NCBI GenBank assembly: GCA_903865745.1
Contig: CAIPKV010000070.1
Coordinates: forward strand, 99,898-163,897
Length of the DNA stretch: 64,000 nt
Source of the DNA: an uncultured Verrucomicrobia subdivision 3 bacterium
GTDB taxonomy: Bacteria; Verrucomicrobiota; Verrucomicrobiia; Limisphaerales; UBA11358
Direction: 5' to 3'
Each line of letters starts with the position of its first letter. Position 1 is the stretch's first letter. The notes under the pieces were generated by a model. The model was not told the origin of the DNA and did not search any database. It saw only the letters and a program-made list of their open reading frames with translations. Shown piece after piece: positions 61,743-64,000 of the stretch. The translations under genes and the position numbers were made by a program.

Positions 61743-63139
61743 CATCCTGGGAACGATATTTTTTGGCGGGAAAACTGGCGGGATGTCCGAGGGATCAGAT
61801 GGACCGGTTTCAGGCCGCCGATGTGATTTTACAGGAGCGGCAACTCGCCGCCAGTGCCGCCGCGCGTCTGTGCGATTTGCCGAACGGCCCGACGGCCATC
61901 GGCTACGGCGGCGCTCGCGGTGGCGGAAAATCACACTGGCTTTTGGCCCAGCTCGGGGCCGACGATTGTCAAAAAATTCCGGCGTTGAAATGTCTCCTAT
62001 TGAGAAAACAGGCCAAATCCAACGTCGAAAACTTCGAGGACTTTCGCCGGCGACTGTTCACGCGGCTGCCGCATGAGTTTTCGGCCTTTCGTGGCATCCT
62101 GACTTTCAAGAATGGTTCTCGCATTGTCTTGGGTCACTACAAGACTGAGTCAGAGATTGATAATTTTTTGGGGATTGAGTTCGATGTGATCGCCGTGGAG
62201 GAAGCGACCACCCTGACCGCCAGAAAATATCAGGATATTTCGACTTGCTGCCGGTCATCGAAACCGAATTGGCGGCCGCGCATTTACAGCACGACGAACC
62301 CGGGCGGTGTGGGACATGCTTGGTATCGGACGAGGTTCGTCCTCCCGTATCTGGAACAGCGCGAAACGGAGACGCGGTTTGTGCCGGCGCGGGTGGCGGA
62401 CAATTCCTTTAACAACCCGGAATATCGCCAGGTGCTGGAGAATCTGACCGGCTGGCAGAAGCGCGCGTGGCTAGATGGCGATTGGGACATTGCCGCCGGC
62501 CAGTATTTCACGACGTTCCGCCGCGACGTTCACGTCGTCGGCTCCGGGCCGGAGGGGCCAATTTTTGATGAAACGCGGGCGGTGGACTGGTTTTGCGCAA
62601 TGGACTATGGGTTTGCGCATTACACCGTGGTGCTGCTGGGTTGCACGGATGGCGACGGAAATATTTTCATCGTGGACGAACACGCGGAACGGCTATGGCT
62701 GCCGGCGCGGCACGCGGCGGCGATCAAGGCGATGTTAGGTCGGCATGGTCTGCACCCAAGCATGTTGAAGCGCTTTGTCGCCGGGGCCGATGTTTTCTCG
62801 CGCCAGAGCGACGGGACGACCGTCGCGGCACAGTATGCAAAGCATGGGATCAATCTGCGGGTGGCGAACACGGATCGGATCAACGGCTGGGCGGAAATCA
62901 TGACGCGGTTTGGGGATGTAGACGCGGGGATTCGGCCGACATTGTTCGTGCATGAACGGTGTGGGCGGCTATCGGAAACGCTGCCTAGCCTGCTGCGAGA
63001 TCCGAACCGGCCAGAGGATTTATTGAAGGTGGATGCGGACGAGGATGGCATTGGGGGCGATGATGCCGCCGACGCACTGCGCTACCTGGTGGCGACGAAA
63101 AACCGGACGATCACGCAGCGGAAGTTGCGGGGGCTTTAG
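61739..63139 (+). CDS. Terminase large subunit
   Basis: Walker A GYGGARGGGKSH, Walker B-like DVIAVEEAT, and a C-terminal RNase H-like nuclease region (FCAMDYGFAHYTVVLLG...IFIVDEH...DAADALRY). Start at ATG 61739. Confidence 0.85.
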   Translation: MTSWERYFLAGKLAGCPRDQMDRFQAADVILQERQLAASAAARLCDLPNGPTAIGYGGARGGGKSHWLLAQLGADDCQKIPALKCLLLRKQAKSNVENFEDFRRRLFTRLPHEFSAFRGILTFKNGSRIVLGHYKTESEIDNFLGIEFDVIAVEEATTLTARKYQDISTCCRSSKPNWRPRIYSTTNPGGVGHAWYRTRFVLPYLEQRETETRFVPARVADNSFNNPEYRQVLENLTGWQKRAWLDGDWDIAAGQYFTTFRRDVHVVGSGPEGPIFDETRAVDWFCAMDYGFAHYTVVLLGCTDGDGNIFIVDEHAERLWLPARHAAAIKAMLGRHGLHPSMLKRFVAGADVFSRQSDGTTVAAQYAKHGINLRVANTDRINGWAEIMTRFGDVDAGIRPTLFVHERCGRLSETLPSLLRDPNRPEDLLKVDADEDGIGGDDAADALRYLVATKNRTITQRKLRGL

Positions 63140-63163
63140 AGACGGCCTATTGGCCAATGCGGA

Positions 63164-63889
63164 TTATTCATGCCCTTCGATTATCTGCCTGCCCTTAAAT
63201 TCTTTTCGCTTTTTTTGATAAACTTTTGTGGCAACCATTGCGGCACCTATCAGAGCTAGAGTGGATGTTTTTGGCTCCGGCGCGACTTGAGTGAAATCAA
63301 TGATGCCACCGGATGTATAATCAAAGGAATTTTCAAACGTGTCAGGTTGCCAAGTCATATTACCGGGATTCCAGATTGAAAAGGAAAAGTCAAAGTAAAC
63401 CGATTCACCAACCGAAGCGGAGAAGTAATCAAAATTATAATGTGGATCAAGATTATCCGGGGGCGAATTAGCGAGGATTGTCGCATAACCGGAAAAGGTT
63501 GCTTCTTGCGAACCAATTGCCGCAAATAAAACAACATCATTAATCCAGCCCAAGGTGCCTTGTGAGAAATTTTGATCGCTGGCATCTTTCTGCTGGTAAA
63601 GCACGCCAATATCCAGAGGTGAAAAGTGATAATAAACATACCCATTCGAAACGACGGTAGATTCATAGGTTGCCGTCGGTGTATAGAAAATGCCGGCACC
63701 TGTTTGCCAAGCTGTGCCATCACTAAGGAAATAAGTGCCTGCCGGGGCTGGTATTTTAAACTGCTTATCAACGGGTGAATAGCTGCCTCCGCTGTATTCA
63801 GCAAAATTCAAACTGTCAATGGTGGCACCGTGGGCAGATAGGAAAAGAAATGGGGCAACGAATAGAATGAAATATCGCCGGTTTAACAT
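63164..63889 (-). CDS. PEP-CTERM sorting-domain protein, visibly lower GC than its surroundings
   Basis: Signal peptide MLNRRYFILFVAPFLFLSAHG. The C-terminus ...VAPEPKTSTLALIGAAMVATKVYQKKRKE has PEP, a TM helix and a basic cluster. Convergent with terL, 24 nt away. Confidence 0.7.
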   Translation of the reverse strand: MLNRRYFILFVAPFLFLSAHGATIDSLNFAEYSGGSYSPVDKQFKIPAPAGTYFLSDGTAWQTGAGIFYTPTATYESTVVSNGYVYYHFSPLDIGVLYQQKDASDQNFSQGTLGWINDVVLFAAIGSQEATFSGYATILANSPPDNLDPHYNFDYFSASVGESVYFDFSFSIWNPGNMTWQPDTFENSFDYTSGGIIDFTQVAPEPKTSTLALIGAAMVATKVYQKKRKEFKGRQIIEGHE

Positions 63890-64000
63890 AGAGTTAAAAT
63901 AAATTAGAAACTGGGGTTAGTTAAAACCCCACTTTATATAACTGACGGCCGATAATATTGAAGGGCTAAAATCTAGTCCATGCTAATGTGACAACGGAAC

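Larger units (their letters stand above)
47210..63139. mobile_element. Prophage-like region / phage remnant (defence operon, recombination, replication and packaging modules; no integrase or virion genes seen in the window)
   Basis: Contiguous phage-type genes (Xis-like HTH, exonuclease, ERF, ParB-like, helicase, VRR-NUC, primase, TerS, TerL) with repeated ATGA stop/start overlaps. The boundaries are approximate. Confidence 0.65.

Overview
This is a GC-rich bacterial chromosome segment. Its gene content suggests a PVC-group organism, probably Verrucomicrobiota (inference): giant autotransporter-associated beta-strand-repeat (PATR) proteins, PEP-CTERM proteins, a prepilin-like DGH-motif protein and many short dispersed palindromic repeats. 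The window has three parts. (1) Bases 1-2500 hold housekeeping genes: an aquaporin fragment, a DUF167 protein, a flavoprotein disulfide reductase and a DUF5069 protein. (2) Bases 2946-46324 are one uninterrupted minus-strand array of about 20 genes. It contains a RhaT-like symporter, an AraC/XylR-type regulator, a prepilin-like protein and four giant beta-helix surface proteins (about 1580-1950 aa) with a small PEP-CTERM protein among them. It then continues with a GH36-like enzyme, two GH28, two GH29, SASA-type O-acetylesterases, an alpha/beta esterase, a sulfatase remnant and three uncharacterised secreted proteins. This looks like a PUL-like locus for an acetylated fucose/galacturonate/rhamnose-type glycan. 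(3) Bases 47210-63139 are a prophage-like remnant. It encodes an excisionase-like HTH protein, a DEDD exonuclease, an ERF recombinase, a ParB-like protein, an SF2 helicase, a VRR-NUC nuclease, a Toprim primase, ori-like iterons, TerS and TerL. No integrase, tRNA or structural genes were seen. Its left arm carries a tightly linked MmeI-like Type IIL R-M gene, a HipA-like kinase and a DUF3037 protein; this is my best candidate for an undescribed defence module. A second candidate novelty is an uncharacterised domain of about 800 aa that occurs both free-standing and fused to a PATR stalk. Other points of interest are a conserved C-terminal 'TNL..W...FYR' tail on all four giants, shared recombining cassettes among them, and host-type palindromic repeats inserted in frame into phage and R-M genes. 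All family assignments come from motif recognition by eye; no database search was run.
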